64,000 bases of DNA from Flavobacterium sp. (GTDB lineage Bacteria; Bacteroidota; Bacteroidia; Flavobacteriales; Flavobacteriaceae), in NCBI RefSeq assembly GCF_004295795.1, contig NZ_SEBR01000002.1, positions 204,280-268,279 of the forward strand. Reading direction: 5' to 3'. The notes beneath the pieces are model-generated. The model was not told where the DNA came from. It saw only the letters and a list, made by a program, of their open reading frames with translations, and searched no databases. This document shows positions 20,790 through 30,890 of this stretch, piece by piece (position 1 is the stretch's first letter; each line of letters opens with the position of its first letter). The translations under genes were made by a program, and so were the position numbers.

Positions 20790-21337
20790 GCTATTGTTCC
20801 GCCATCGAAAACATGCAACCCGAAGCCAGAAAAGCGTTGCACAAAAACTATCACGACAACCACTACGGTTTCCCGATCGAAGACGACAACGAACTTTTCG
20901 GACGTCTCGTAATGGAAATCAACCAGGCCGGCTTGAGTTGGGAAACGATTCTCAAAAAGGAGGAAACCTTCCGCAAGGCTTATGCGAATTTCAACATCGA
21001 GAAGGTCGCGGCTTTCACCGAAGAGGATCGCGAACGATTGCTTTCAGATCCCGGAATCATCCGAAACAAGCTCAAAGTGAATGCGGCGATCGAGAATGCC
21101 AAAAAGATTCTGGAGTTGCAAAAGGAATTCGGTTCTTTCGGGAAATGGATTGAGGCCAATCATCCCAAAACCAAGGAAGAATGGGTCAAATTGTTCAAAA
21201 AAACCTTCAAATTCACCGGAGGCGAGATCGTGAACGAGTTCCTGATGAGCATCGGATATCTCGAAGGCGCGCACGTCGAAAACTGTCCGGTTCACGCCAA
21301 AGTGCTCAAGTCGAATCCGATGTGGATGCAAAAATAG
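20786..21337 (+). CDS. tag: DNA-3-methyladenine glycosylase I
   Basis: YHDNHYG, LVMEINQAGLSWETILKK, IIRNKLKVNAAIENA; ATGA overlap with the MazG-like gene. Confidence 0.93.
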   Translation: MSYCSAIENMQPEARKALHKNYHDNHYGFPIEDDNELFGRLVMEINQAGLSWETILKKEETFRKAYANFNIEKVAAFTEEDRERLLSDPGIIRNKLKVNAAIENAKKILELQKEFGSFGKWIEANHPKTKEEWVKLFKKTFKFTGGEIVNEFLMSIGYLEGAHVENCPVHAKVLKSNPMWMQK

Positions 21338-21404
21338 GCGAGGACAAATTTGGGGAAACGAAACGCGTTTTGGAGTATATTAGCCGAAACCAACCAACCG
21401 AAAA

Positions 21405-22811
21405 ATGCAAGAACAAGAACACTTCAAACGCGAATTAGGACTGCTTGACGGCACGATGCTCGTCGTTGGGTCGATGATCGGCTCGGGAATTTTCATCGTG
21501 AGTTCCGATATGGTAAGACAAGTCGGATCGGCCTCGTGGCTTTTGCTGATTTGGGCGTTGACGGGATTGATAACCGTAATCGCAGCAGTGAGTTATGGCG
21601 AATTGAGCGCGATGTTTCCAAAAGCCGGCGGACAATACGTCTACCTCAAGGAAGCTTACGGAAAATTGACCGCATTCCTGTACGGATGGAGTTTTTTCGC
21701 GGTGATCCAAACCGGAACGATCGCCGCGGTTGGCGTGGCTTTCTCGAAGTTCGCGGCTTATCTGTATGAACCGTTTTCAGAAAACAACTTTCTTTTTGAA
21801 TCGGATAATTTCAAGTTGAGCGCGGCACAATTGGTGTCGATCGCGACGATAATTTTCCTGACTTACATCAACAGTCGAGGCGTCAAGAACGGCAAAATCC
21901 TGCAGACGGTTCTCACCATAATCAAGATTCTCTCGCTTGCCGGATTGATTCTCTTCGGACTTTTGCTCGCGGCCAAGTCAGAAGTTTGGGACGCCAATTT
22001 CGCCTCGGGCATGTTTACGCAAAGTCTCGATACCGAATCCGGAATCTGGTCGCCCGTGAGCGGAACAGCCCTGATGGGCGCGATTTCTGCGGCAATGGTC
22101 GGGTCGCTTTTTTCGAGCGATGCTTGGAATGGCGTGACTTTTATCGCCGGGGAAATCAAGAATCCACAAAGGAATGTCGGACTCAGTTTGTTTTTGGGAA
22201 CTTTGACCGTAAGTGTGATTTATGTGTTGGCGAACGTCATGTATCTTGCGGTCGTGCCGATGCAGGAAATCGCGAACGCTCCGTCTGACAGGGTTGCGGT
22301 CGTGGCTTCGGAATATATTTTTGGAGGAATCGGGACTTACATCATCGCGGTGATGATCATGATTTCGACCTTCGCCTGCAATAACGGACTCATCATGGCC
22401 GGGGCACGCGTTTACTACACAATGGCCAAAGACGGACTTTTCCTCAAAAAAGCGGCCAATCTCAACGAGCACAGCGTTCCGGCGTGGGCGCTTTGGGTGC
22501 AATGCGTTTGGGCGTCGGCGCTTTGTCTTACCGGAAAATATGGCGATTTACTCGATTTCGTCGTGATCATTGTCCTGATTTTCTACATTCTCACGATTTA
22601 TGGGATTTTCAAACTCAGGAAGTCGATGCCGAACGCCGAACGTCCTTACAAAGCTTTCGGTTACCCGATTCTTCCCGCGTTTTATATTGTCGTTGCCACG
22701 GCGATCTCGATTTCGCTTTTGTGGTTCAAGACCGACACTTGCGGTTGGGGCGTTTTGATCATGTTGATCGGGATTCCGGTTTACTATCTGACGAAACCGA
22801 AAGAGTCTTAA
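21405..22811 (+). CDS. APC-family amino acid permease
   Basis: GSMIGSGIF, SYGELSAMFPKAGGQYVYL; multiple hydrophobic helices. Confidence 0.93.
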   Translation: MQEQEHFKRELGLLDGTMLVVGSMIGSGIFIVSSDMVRQVGSASWLLLIWALTGLITVIAAVSYGELSAMFPKAGGQYVYLKEAYGKLTAFLYGWSFFAVIQTGTIAAVGVAFSKFAAYLYEPFSENNFLFESDNFKLSAAQLVSIATIIFLTYINSRGVKNGKILQTVLTIIKILSLAGLILFGLLLAAKSEVWDANFASGMFTQSLDTESGIWSPVSGTALMGAISAAMVGSLFSSDAWNGVTFIAGEIKNPQRNVGLSLFLGTLTVSVIYVLANVMYLAVVPMQEIANAPSDRVAVVASEYIFGGIGTYIIAVMIMISTFACNNGLIMAGARVYYTMAKDGLFLKKAANLNEHSVPAWALWVQCVWASALCLTGKYGDLLDFVVIIVLIFYILTIYGIFKLRKSMPNAERPYKAFGYPILPAFYIVVATAISISLLWFKTDTCGWGVLIMLIGIPVYYLTKPKES

Positions 22812-22820
22812 ATTTTGAAC

Positions 22821-22923
22821 CATTAAGGACATTAAGTTCATTAAGATTGAAAGGTAAAATACGTATCGCTGTTTTTTTGCGGATTAGATTTTGACCATTA
22901 CGGACATTTTAGTTCATTAGAAT
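22821..22923. repeat. Duplicated nonamer (CATTAAGNN) arrays
   Basis: CATTAAGGA CATTAAGTT CATTAAGAT (22821-22847) and CATTACGGA CATTTTAGTT CATTAGAAT (22896-22923). Confidence 0.75.
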
Positions 22924-22956
22924 TGTCACACTTACAAAAGATCTAATCGTCCCTTT

Positions 22957-23649
22957 CTAAAATCCGTATTCGACCGAACGCGTTTTATATTCGCCTTTTT
23001 CGACAATCCAGACAACGTCATAACCGCCGGCGCCGTCGCTGTTTGACGAATGAACGTATAAAATATCGTTGGTTTCATCGTAGTTCGCACGCGTGTTGTG
23101 AAGCGTCGGTTCGTACAGATCGCGAAATGCGGTTTTTGGAAGTTCGATCGGCTTTCCGTCAATCGTGATTTTGATCGATTGGTATTCGCGCTTCGGGATA
23201 TTTCCGTCAGTTCCGAAGAATTTTGCACCGTCGATTTCGGTAACGATCGCATTGTTGTTTTGGAAGTAACCGAATTTGTGGTTTTTCGGAATGAATCTGG
23301 TTTGGATGAGTTCGATGGAAATCTTGTCGGTTTCTAAAATTGCGTTCTCGGAATTACTCGTTTTCAACGGAATTTGAGGAAAATCGGATACCAATCTGAT
23401 CCGGTCTTTGTAAATGAATCCGTTTTTGTCTTTGCCTTCCTTGTAGTAATCGATATTGCTCCAATTTTGTTTCGGCTCGAACACGTAGACCACAAAACCG
23501 TTCGCGAGTTTGTCGGTTATATTTTTCCCGAATTTTGCCTCGCTTCTGACGTTGCAGAAACCGTCCGGGTCATTTACGATCCCAAATTGGCAAAACCCGA
23601 AAGTCGTCCAAAGCAAAAATACAAAACCAATCGCGCTGCTACAACTCAT
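22957..23649 (-). CDS. Secreted hypothetical protein with probable N-terminal SH3-like domain
   Basis: Signal peptide ending FCQ; DPDGFCNVRS...W pattern; SH3 assignment tentative. Confidence 0.7.
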   Translation of the reverse strand: MSCSSAIGFVFLLWTTFGFCQFGIVNDPDGFCNVRSEAKFGKNITDKLANGFVVYVFEPKQNWSNIDYYKEGKDKNGFIYKDRIRLVSDFPQIPLKTSNSENAILETDKISIELIQTRFIPKNHKFGYFQNNNAIVTEIDGAKFFGTDGNIPKREYQSIKITIDGKPIELPKTAFRDLYEPTLHNTRANYDETNDILYVHSSNSDGAGGYDVVWIVEKGEYKTRSVEYGF

Positions 23650-24100
23650 AATTCTTGAGTAAAGCCAGTTGTCCCAAGTGGTAAGCGTCGTGTTGCATGA
23701 TCCCGAAAATCAGGTCGTAAACCGTGTAATGCGTTTCGAGATAGCGTTGGGAAAGTTTCTCGTCTGTCAATTTATCAAGAAAACCCAGCCAATCTTCCTG
23801 TGATTTTTCGAGTTTCCGAAGCGAAATGCTCCAGGCTTTTTCAGATTTGTCCGCAATCGGAAGAAAATAATTGTGATCTGGTGTATCGGCTTCGGCTCCG
23901 TTGATGCGATCCAGAACGACTTCGCGCCAAATCGACAAATGGTTCACGATTTCCCAGATCGAGTTGGTGACGTGCCGCGGTTTTTGCGCCGCCCATTCGG
24001 CATCGATGTTGCTCAAATTGCCGCTTATCGAACTGTCGAGCCAAGGATCGCCGTTGTACAATTCCTTGAAAAGCTTGATGATTCTGTCCTTTTCTTTCAT
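23639..24100 (-). CDS. DinB family protein
   Basis: NSIWEIVNHL and HDAYHLGQL His motifs. Confidence 0.88.
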   Translation of the reverse strand: MKEKDRIIKLFKELYNGDPWLDSSISGNLSNIDAEWAAQKPRHVTNSIWEIVNHLSIWREVVLDRINGAEADTPDHNYFLPIADKSEKAWSISLRKLEKSQEDWLGFLDKLTDEKLSQRYLETHYTVYDLIFGIMQHDAYHLGQLALLKNYEL

Positions 24101-24129
24101 CGGTAGTTTTTTTGCTCGATGGAAAGTAC

Positions 24130-24160
24130 AAAAAAATCCGCCAAACGATGACGGATTTTT
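24130..24160 (-). terminator. Intrinsic terminator after gap
   Basis: AAAAAAATCCG...CGGATTTTT. Confidence 0.7.
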
Positions 24161-24183
24161 CATAGTCAGTCAAGCGTAAAATC

Positions 24184-25632
24184 TTAATAGTACGTGTAAC
24201 GACGCACTTTCGATATGTATTTTGCAAGCCGCACGACTTGGTGGCTGTAGCCGAATTCATTGTCGTACCAAACGTAGAGCACGATGCTTTTTCCGTCCGG
24301 AGAAACAATTGTCGCGTTGCTGTCATAAATCGACGGTGCGTTCGTCCCGACGATATCCGAAGAAACCAACTCATTGTTGAGCGAATACTTGATCTGCTCG
24401 ACGAGTTCGCCTTCCAAAGCATATTTTTTCATGATGGAATTCACTTCTTCGACCGAAGTTTCGCGTTCCACTTCGAGGTTCAAGACCACAAGCGAACCGT
24501 TCGGAACCGGAACCCGAATCGCGTTCGAGGTCAGTTTTCCGGCCAAAGACGGCAATGCTTTCGCGACTGCGCTTCCGGCGCCCGTTTCGGTGATTACCAT
24601 ATTGAGCGCCGCTGCACGTCCGCGACGGTATTTGTTGTGCATATTGTCGACGAGATTTTGGTCGTTCGTGTAAGCGTGGATCGTTTCCAGATGGCCTTTC
24701 ACGACGCCCAAAGTGTCTTCGACGGCTTTCAGGATAGGAGTAATTGCGTTCGTCGTACACGAAGCCGCCGAGAAAATATCGACGTCGTCCGGATCGTATT
24801 CGTTGTGATTTACTCCGTGAACGATGTTCGGGATGCCTTTTCCGGGCGCGGTCAAAAGCACTTTCGAAACGCCGCCTGATTTGAGATGTCGCGACAAAGC
24901 TTCTTTCGTGGTGAACGCTCCGGTGTTGTCGATTACCAACGCATCGTCGAATCCGTAGGCTGTGTAATCGATTTCCTCGGGTGAATTTGCGGTGATCACG
25001 TGAACAGTCGTTCCGTTTATGATTAGCGCTTTTTGGTCGGCATCGGCTATGACCGAACCTTGAAAATCGCCGTGAACCGAATCGTATCGCAACAAGGAAG
25101 CGCGTTTTTCAAGTGAAACCGCGTCGTTTTTGTCCCTTGTCACGATCGCCCGAAGCCGCATTTGTGTGCCTTTTCCGGTTTTTGACATGAGCTCGCGCGC
25201 CAAAAGTCTCCCGATTCGGCCAAATCCGTAAAGCACGACGTCTTTGGGTTTGTTGTTCTTGAAATCGCGTGCGTTGGCGAGTTTATCGATGATGAACGAG
25301 GTCGCATTTGGATAATGGTTGTCTTCCGAACGATATTCGTGCGTGAGTTTGCCGATGTCGAGTTTGGAAGGCGGCAAATCCATCGACAAGATCGCTTTTG
25401 CAATCTCGACCGAATCGAATACCGAAATCGGTTTCCCGACGAATTCTCCCGCATATTCGTGTAAGTTGATGATGTCGCTCACATTGCAATTCAAAAGTTG
25501 ATTGCGGAACAAGACCATTTCTATCGATTTGTCGTACCAAAGGTCGGACACGATCCGGATGAATTCTACCGCGGCGCGTCTTCTGTCGGCTTGGTAGGCA
25601 ACTTCCTTCTCGTATAAACTGGCTGTAGTCAT
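24184..25632 (-). CDS. gap: Glyceraldehyde-3-phosphate dehydrogenase (long form with N-terminal extension)
   Basis: YGFGRIGR, SAASCTTN, WYDNEFGYS; 482 aa. Confidence 0.95.
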   Translation of the reverse strand: MTTASLYEKEVAYQADRRRAAVEFIRIVSDLWYDKSIEMVLFRNQLLNCNVSDIINLHEYAGEFVGKPISVFDSVEIAKAILSMDLPPSKLDIGKLTHEYRSEDNHYPNATSFIIDKLANARDFKNNKPKDVVLYGFGRIGRLLARELMSKTGKGTQMRLRAIVTRDKNDAVSLEKRASLLRYDSVHGDFQGSVIADADQKALIINGTTVHVITANSPEEIDYTAYGFDDALVIDNTGAFTTKEALSRHLKSGGVSKVLLTAPGKGIPNIVHGVNHNEYDPDDVDIFSAASCTTNAITPILKAVEDTLGVVKGHLETIHAYTNDQNLVDNMHNKYRRGRAAALNMVITETGAGSAVAKALPSLAGKLTSNAIRVPVPNGSLVVLNLEVERETSVEEVNSIMKKYALEGELVEQIKYSLNNELVSSDIVGTNAPSIYDSNATIVSPDGKSIVLYVWYDNEFGYSHQVVRLAKYISKVRRYTYY

Positions 25633-25766
25633 TTAGTTGTGAAGATTAGTGAATTCGTGAAATTTTCGGCAAATGTAAAATATTTCAATCGTTTTCGTAA
25701 AATAAAAACCTGCTTTTTTCGCAATGAAATCTTTAAATCGTCCAAAAGATGATTCCTGTCGGAAAC

Positions 25767-25799
25767 AAAAAAGCCACTCGCGAAATCGGGTGGCTTTTT
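25767..25799 (-). terminator. Bidirectional terminator after degP
   Basis: AAAAGCCACTCG-CGAAAT-CGGGTGGCTTTT. Confidence 0.75.
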
Positions 25800-25825
25800 A
25801 GTCGTAAAGTCGTCAGATTTTTTGC

Positions 25826-27223
25826 TTACATTATCACGCGAACCAATTCTCCGTTGCTGGTCATGAGCTGCACTTGTACCGATTGGTTGTCGTCGAATCT
25901 TTTGAGCAGACTTGAAACGGTTTCTACGTCGGAAAGTTTCACGTTTCCGATCGACAGGATCACGCCGCCTTGCAGTTCGTCTTTGTATTCGGCCAATCTT
26001 TCATTGTTGACCTCGTCGATCTTGACGCCATAATTCACGCGGAAACGCTTTTTGTCTTCGGCAGACAAATTCGACAATTCCATCTGTTTGAATGTAACGG
26101 TCGCGGCTTCGGTTTTTATCAATTTAACGCCAGTCGTGTAGGTTTTCGCATCGCGGATGTAAGTCACGTTCACGATGTCGTTCGGACGTTTGGTCGTGAT
26201 TACCGAGTTCAGATCGGCAAACGTATAAATGTCGTGTCCGTCGACCTGCGTGATGATGTCGCCTTTTTTGAGTCCGGCTTTTTCAGCGCCAGAACCTTTC
26301 GTGGCCGAACTGACATAGAAACCTTGCGTGCGCCCGACGTTCAGGTCTTTCGAGATTTTCGTGTTCAGTTCCGTGCCCTGGATTCCGATGATCGCTCTTT
26401 GCGTGTTTCCGTATTCCATGATGTCTTCGACGACTTTTCTCGCCACGTTAGACGGAACCGCGAACGAATATCCAACGTAAGATCCGGTCATCGACGAAAT
26501 CATAGTGTTGATTCCCACCAATTCGCCTTGCGTGTTCACCAATGCGCCGCCCGAATTTCCCGGATTCACGGCCGCGTCGGTTTGTATGAACGACTGCAAT
26601 CCGTCGCCGCTTAGGTTTCTGGCTTTCGCCGATACGATTCCGGCGGTGACGGTCGAAGTCAGGTTATAAGGATTTCCGACAGCCAAAACCCATTCGCCCA
26701 CCTTGATATTGTCGGAATTGGCGAAAGCGGTGTAAGGCAATTTTTCATCGGAATCGATCTTGAGAAGCGCGATGTCCATTTTTGGATCTGTTCCGATGAG
26801 TTTCGCCTTATAAGACTTGCGGTTGTTCAGAGTCACTTCCAATTCGGACGCGTCCTTGATCACGTGATTGTTCGTCACGATATAGCCGTCTTCTGAAATG
26901 ATCACGCCCGAACCCGTACCAACTTGCTCTTGTTGCTGGCCGCCGCGATAGCCGTAGTAAAATTCCAACATCGGATTCGAAACCGTGCGATACGAAACGT
27001 TCTTCACGTGAACCACATAGTGCACGGCTTTTTCTGCCGCTTGTGTAAAATCGACATTTTCAGCGCCGCCGAAACCAACCGTTCGCGTGTAATTTTCGGG
27101 AGCCGATGTGATGATGTTCGCTTTGTCAGGGAATACATTCTCCTCAGACAACATCTTGTAAGCACCAAGCGTAACGCCCGCGCTCAACAGGGAAACCAAG
27201 AATAAACCAGAGAATCTTTTCAT
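25826..27223 (-). CDS. degP: DegP/HtrA serine protease with PDZ domains
   Basis: GSGVII, TNNHV, D, GNSGGAL catalytic triad; two PDZ-like domains. Confidence 0.93.
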   Translation of the reverse strand: MKRFSGLFLVSLLSAGVTLGAYKMLSEENVFPDKANIITSAPENYTRTVGFGGAENVDFTQAAEKAVHYVVHVKNVSYRTVSNPMLEFYYGYRGGQQQEQVGTGSGVIISEDGYIVTNNHVIKDASELEVTLNNRKSYKAKLIGTDPKMDIALLKIDSDEKLPYTAFANSDNIKVGEWVLAVGNPYNLTSTVTAGIVSAKARNLSGDGLQSFIQTDAAVNPGNSGGALVNTQGELVGINTMISSMTGSYVGYSFAVPSNVARKVVEDIMEYGNTQRAIIGIQGTELNTKISKDLNVGRTQGFYVSSATKGSGAEKAGLKKGDIITQVDGHDIYTFADLNSVITTKRPNDIVNVTYIRDAKTYTTGVKLIKTEAATVTFKQMELSNLSAEDKKRFRVNYGVKIDEVNNERLAEYKDELQGGVILSIGNVKLSDVETVSSLLKRFDDNQSVQVQLMTSNGELVRVIM

Positions 27224-27363
27224 CTTTTTAGTTTGATAAATTGAGATGCTTCAAACATTTTCCCTAAAAATTGGGAATCTGTCGAGAAGCGGATTGTTTG
27301 TTTGAATAATCATGTTTGGGTTTAACACCAAAATTATTCCTTTATTGCTTGCGTGAAATCACT

Positions 27364-27400
27364 TTAACCACGCCTTAACAGCGTTTAACTTTACTTTAAA
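27364..27400. promoter_or_regulatory. Phased TTAAC direct repeats in the degP/dapF divergent region
   Basis: TTAAC at 27364, 27375 and 27385, TTAAA at 27396 (10-11-bp period). Confidence 0.4.
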
Positions 27401-27406
27401 ACTTCG

Positions 27407-27414
27407 TACTTTTG
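27407..27414 (+). promoter_or_regulatory. -7 element for dapF (near-leaderless)
   Basis: TACTTTTG ends 4 nt before the ATG. Confidence 0.6.
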
Positions 27415-27418
27415 AGCT

Positions 27419-28198
27419 ATGGAAATCACCTTCTCAAAATATCAGGGAACAGGCAACGACTTTGTGATAATCGACAACCGTTCGCTCCGTTTTCCCAAAA
27501 ATGATACCGAACTCGTGGCGAAGCTTTGTGACCGGCGTTTTGGCATCGGAGGCGACGGATTGCTGCTTTTGGAAGACGATCACGACTTCGATTTCAAGAT
27601 GGTTTACTTCAATTCTGACGGAAATTTGGGTTCGATGTGCGGAAACGGCGGGCGTTGTCTGGTCGCATTCGCCAAAAACCTCGGAGTTATCGAAGACACG
27701 GCCGAATTCATTGCGTCAGACGGACCGCATTTCGCCAATGTATCGGACGGAATCGTTTCGCTTCAGATGAAAGATGTCGATTCGGTGAACGTCCAGCCTG
27801 ATTACGTTTTTCTCGACACAGGTTCGCCTCACCACATTGAAATCGTCGACGATCTCGAGCATTTCGATGTTTTCGGAAAAGGAAAGGAAATCAGGTACGG
27901 ATCGCTTTACGGACAAAAAGGCGCGAACGTGAATTTCGTGAAGCCCGAAAGCGACGGAAGTTTTTCGGTCAGAACCTACGAACGCGGCGTCGAAGATGAA
28001 ACTTTGTCGTGTGGAACAGGCGTAACTGCGGTCGCTATCGCGATGTACAAACTCGGGAAAACGACCTCCGATCGCGTAAAATTGAACGTGCAAGGCGGAA
28101 AACTCGAGGTTTCGTTCTCTGAAAAAGACGGGAATTTTACCGATGTCTTTTTGATCGGACCGGCGAAATCAGTATTCGAAGGCACTTTTCCATGTTGA
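27419..28198 (+). CDS. dapF: Diaminopimelate epimerase
   Basis: GTGNDF, MCGNGGRC, GSPH, TYERGVEDETLSCGTG. Confidence 0.97.
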   Translation: MEITFSKYQGTGNDFVIIDNRSLRFPKNDTELVAKLCDRRFGIGGDGLLLLEDDHDFDFKMVYFNSDGNLGSMCGNGGRCLVAFAKNLGVIEDTAEFIASDGPHFANVSDGIVSLQMKDVDSVNVQPDYVFLDTGSPHHIEIVDDLEHFDVFGKGKEIRYGSLYGQKGANVNFVKPESDGSFSVRTYERGVEDETLSCGTGVTAVAIAMYKLGKTTSDRVKLNVQGGKLEVSFSEKDGNFTDVFLIGPAKSVFEGTFPC

Positions 28199-28722
28199 CG
28201 CTTTCCGGAAATAACGTCTTTTTGCGCGCGCTCGAACCCGAAGATCTCGAGTTCATTTTCGCCATTGAGAACGACGAATCGATTTGGGAAGTCAGCAACA
28301 CGCAAACGCCTTACAGTAGGTTTTTGATCAAACAATATCTCGAAAACGCACAACAGGATATTTACGAAGCCAAACAGCTTCGGCTCGCGATCGCGCAACA
28401 AAACACGGCAAAAACCATCGGATTGATCGATCTTTTCGACTACGATCCGCGTCATCACCGCGCCGGAATCGGAATCGTCATCAAGGACAAAGCCAACCAC
28501 GACAAGGGTTTCGGTGGCGAATCGCTTGAACTTCTCATCAAATATTCTTTCGCACATCTCGGCCTTCATCAATTGTATGCCAACATCGATCCCGAGAACG
28601 TTCGCAGTGTGGCGCTTTTTACTAAATTTGGCTTCACTTTGGGCGGCGTCAAAAAAGACTGGAACCGCAGCCAAGGGAAATATAAAGACGAAGCGTTCTA
28701 TCAACTAATCAACAACAAATAA
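28192..28722 (+). CDS. GNAT N-acetyltransferase (RimJ/RimL/SpeG-like)
   Basis: LRALEPEDL, KGFGGESL, LHQLYANI, SVALFTKFGF. Confidence 0.85.
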   Translation: MLTLSGNNVFLRALEPEDLEFIFAIENDESIWEVSNTQTPYSRFLIKQYLENAQQDIYEAKQLRLAIAQQNTAKTIGLIDLFDYDPRHHRAGIGIVIKDKANHDKGFGGESLELLIKYSFAHLGLHQLYANIDPENVRSVALFTKFGFTLGGVKKDWNRSQGKYKDEAFYQLINNK

Positions 28723-28723
28723 A

Positions 28724-29764
28724 GTGAGCTTTAAAAAAATCGCGGGCATCGTTTCGGTCATCGTCGTGACCGCCGCCATCGTTTACGGATATATTCTCTA
28801 TCGCAACATATTTTCGTCGAACACTAAGTTTGACAGAAAGGAACAAGCTGTTTTTGTTCCGACGAACGCCAATTTCGACAAGGTCAGGGAAGTGCTTTCG
28901 CCTTATATCGAAAACATGGAAAATTTCGTGTCGACGGCCGAAAAGAAATCGTACCAAACCAATGTCAAAGCCGGGAAATTCATTCTCAGGAAAGGCATGA
29001 ACAACAACGAGATCGTAAACGCTTTGCGTCAACCGGTTTCGGTCAAGATCGCTTTCAACAATCAGGAAAGGCTCGAGGATTTCGCGGGTCGCATAGGGCA
29101 ACAGATCGAGGCCGATTCCACGAGTTTGATGAAGGCTTTTCTCGACAAGAAGTTTTTGGAAGAAAACGGATTCACCGAAGAAAACGTGCTGTCGATGTTC
29201 ATCCCGAATTCATACGAGTTTTTCTGGAATACTTCAGCCGATAAATTTCGCGACAGGATGGCCAAGGAATATCGCGCGTTCTGGAACGATGAGCGAAACA
29301 AAAAAGCCGAAGCGCTCGGTTTGACGCCGCTTCAGGTTTCGGCGCTTGCATCGATCGTGCACAAGGAAACGGTCAAAACCGACGAGCGTCCGCGCGTGGC
29401 CGGCGTTTATCTTAACAGACTTGAAAAAGGCATCAAACTCGAAGCCGATCCTACGGTGATTTATGCCGTGAAAAAGAATTCCGGCGACTGGAACCAAGTC
29501 ATCAAACGCGTGCTGAACAAAGATCTTGTAACAGTTTCTCCTTATAATACGTATGCCGTAAACGGATTGCCGCCGGGACCGATCGCGATGCCAGACATTA
29601 CGGCAATCGACGCGGTTTTGAGTCCGGAAAAGCACAATTACATTTACTTCTGCGCCAGCGTGACCAACTTCGGCTACCACGAATTTGCCGTGACGCCAGC
29701 CCAACACGAGGCCAATCGCCAGAAATATGTGGCTTGGATAAACGCTCAAGGCATCAAGCGCTAA
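28724..29764 (+). CDS. mltG: Endolytic transglycosylase MltG (YceG-like)
   Basis: N-terminal TM helix; LASIVHKET, VAGVYLNRL, LEADPTV, SPYNTY, GLPPGPI. Confidence 0.95.
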   Translation: MSFKKIAGIVSVIVVTAAIVYGYILYRNIFSSNTKFDRKEQAVFVPTNANFDKVREVLSPYIENMENFVSTAEKKSYQTNVKAGKFILRKGMNNNEIVNALRQPVSVKIAFNNQERLEDFAGRIGQQIEADSTSLMKAFLDKKFLEENGFTEENVLSMFIPNSYEFFWNTSADKFRDRMAKEYRAFWNDERNKKAEALGLTPLQVSALASIVHKETVKTDERPRVAGVYLNRLEKGIKLEADPTVIYAVKKNSGDWNQVIKRVLNKDLVTVSPYNTYAVNGLPPGPIAMPDITAIDAVLSPEKHNYIYFCASVTNFGYHEFAVTPAQHEANRQKYVAWINAQGIKR

Positions 29765-30685
29765 ATGGATTTTCGCGCCTCCATATACGTCATGATTTTT
29801 GGCCTTGTCGGAATTTCGGCAGCGGCACAAAATGGAGTGGAGCGCTTTCTCAAGCCCGCCGATTCCTTGAGTGTCGGCAGAAGAAATGCTGTCATCATTG
29901 GCGAAGCGGTCGTGGCTGTTGGAACTTATGCCGCGCTGAACCAACTTTGGTACGCCGATTACGACAAATCTGATTTTCATTTCATAAACGACAATGCCGA
30001 ATGGATGCAAGTCGACAAAGCCGGACACGCGTTCTCGACTTATCATTTGAGCAGCCAAAGTGCGAATTTGTTCCAATGGAGCGGAATGGACAAGCGCAAA
30101 AGCGCTATTTACGGAGCCGCGACAGGATTCGTCTTTGTATCGGCAATCGAGATTTTCGATGGATTTTCGCAGGAATGGGGCGCGTCTACCGGAGATTTGG
30201 CGGCGAATGCTGGTGGAACTTTACTTTTCATCGGTCAGGAATTGCTGTGGAAAGAGCAGCGTATCGTGCCCAAATTCTCGTTCCACAAAACCCAATACGC
30301 ATCGGTTAGACCCGAGGTTTTGGGAAGTACGTTCACCGAACAGATCGTCAAGGATTACAACGGACAAACCTACTGGCTTTCGGCCAACGCGAGATCTTTC
30401 TTCAAGGAGGCGAATTTTATTCCAAGGTGGTTCAATGTTGCCGTCGGATACGGAGCGACCGGAATGGTCACAGGAGAAAACCGTCCGGTGAATCTCGTGT
30501 TTCTTCCGGAGAAAAAACAGGTTCGCGAATTCTATTTTTCGATAGACGCCGACCTTACGAAAATCCGTACAAAATCCCATTTGTTGAAAACAATTTTCTC
30601 TGTGGTGAACACCGTAAAAATTCCTGCACCTACTTTAGAGTTCAATGGTAGTGGCAAAGTCAAATTCCATCCACTTTACTTTTAG
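29765..30685 (+). CDS. DUF2279/YfiM-like periplasmic protein
   Basis: DKAGHAFSTY, EIFDGFSQEWGASTGDLAAN, KDYNGQTYWLS. Confidence 0.8.
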   Translation: MDFRASIYVMIFGLVGISAAAQNGVERFLKPADSLSVGRRNAVIIGEAVVAVGTYAALNQLWYADYDKSDFHFINDNAEWMQVDKAGHAFSTYHLSSQSANLFQWSGMDKRKSAIYGAATGFVFVSAIEIFDGFSQEWGASTGDLAANAGGTLLFIGQELLWKEQRIVPKFSFHKTQYASVRPEVLGSTFTEQIVKDYNGQTYWLSANARSFFKEANFIPRWFNVAVGYGATGMVTGENRPVNLVFLPEKKQVREFYFSIDADLTKIRTKSHLLKTIFSVVNTVKIPAPTLEFNGSGKVKFHPLYF

Positions 30686-30728
30686 AAAACATTAACTGAT
30701 TGATTTTCAGTATTTGTTTAATTGTCGT

Positions 30729-30890
30729 ATATTTGCCCCCGCAGAAATTTTTAGTGAGATACCTAAAATTTTGAGCAGAAATGACCTACAAGTCACTCTG
30801 CCACAGTTAGGTTAAGCCAGAGAGATGACTATACGTTCTAACGCGTTTTTCTTGTCTTTTTTGGCGACGTCCGCCGAAAGAAAACAAACA
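30729..30890 (+). promoter_or_regulatory. Promoter plus structured 5' leader
   Basis: TATATTTG 30729-30736; hairpins 30745-30771 and 30775-30801; alternative pairing 30791-30800 with 30818-30830; hairpin around 30852-30888. Confidence 0.5.
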
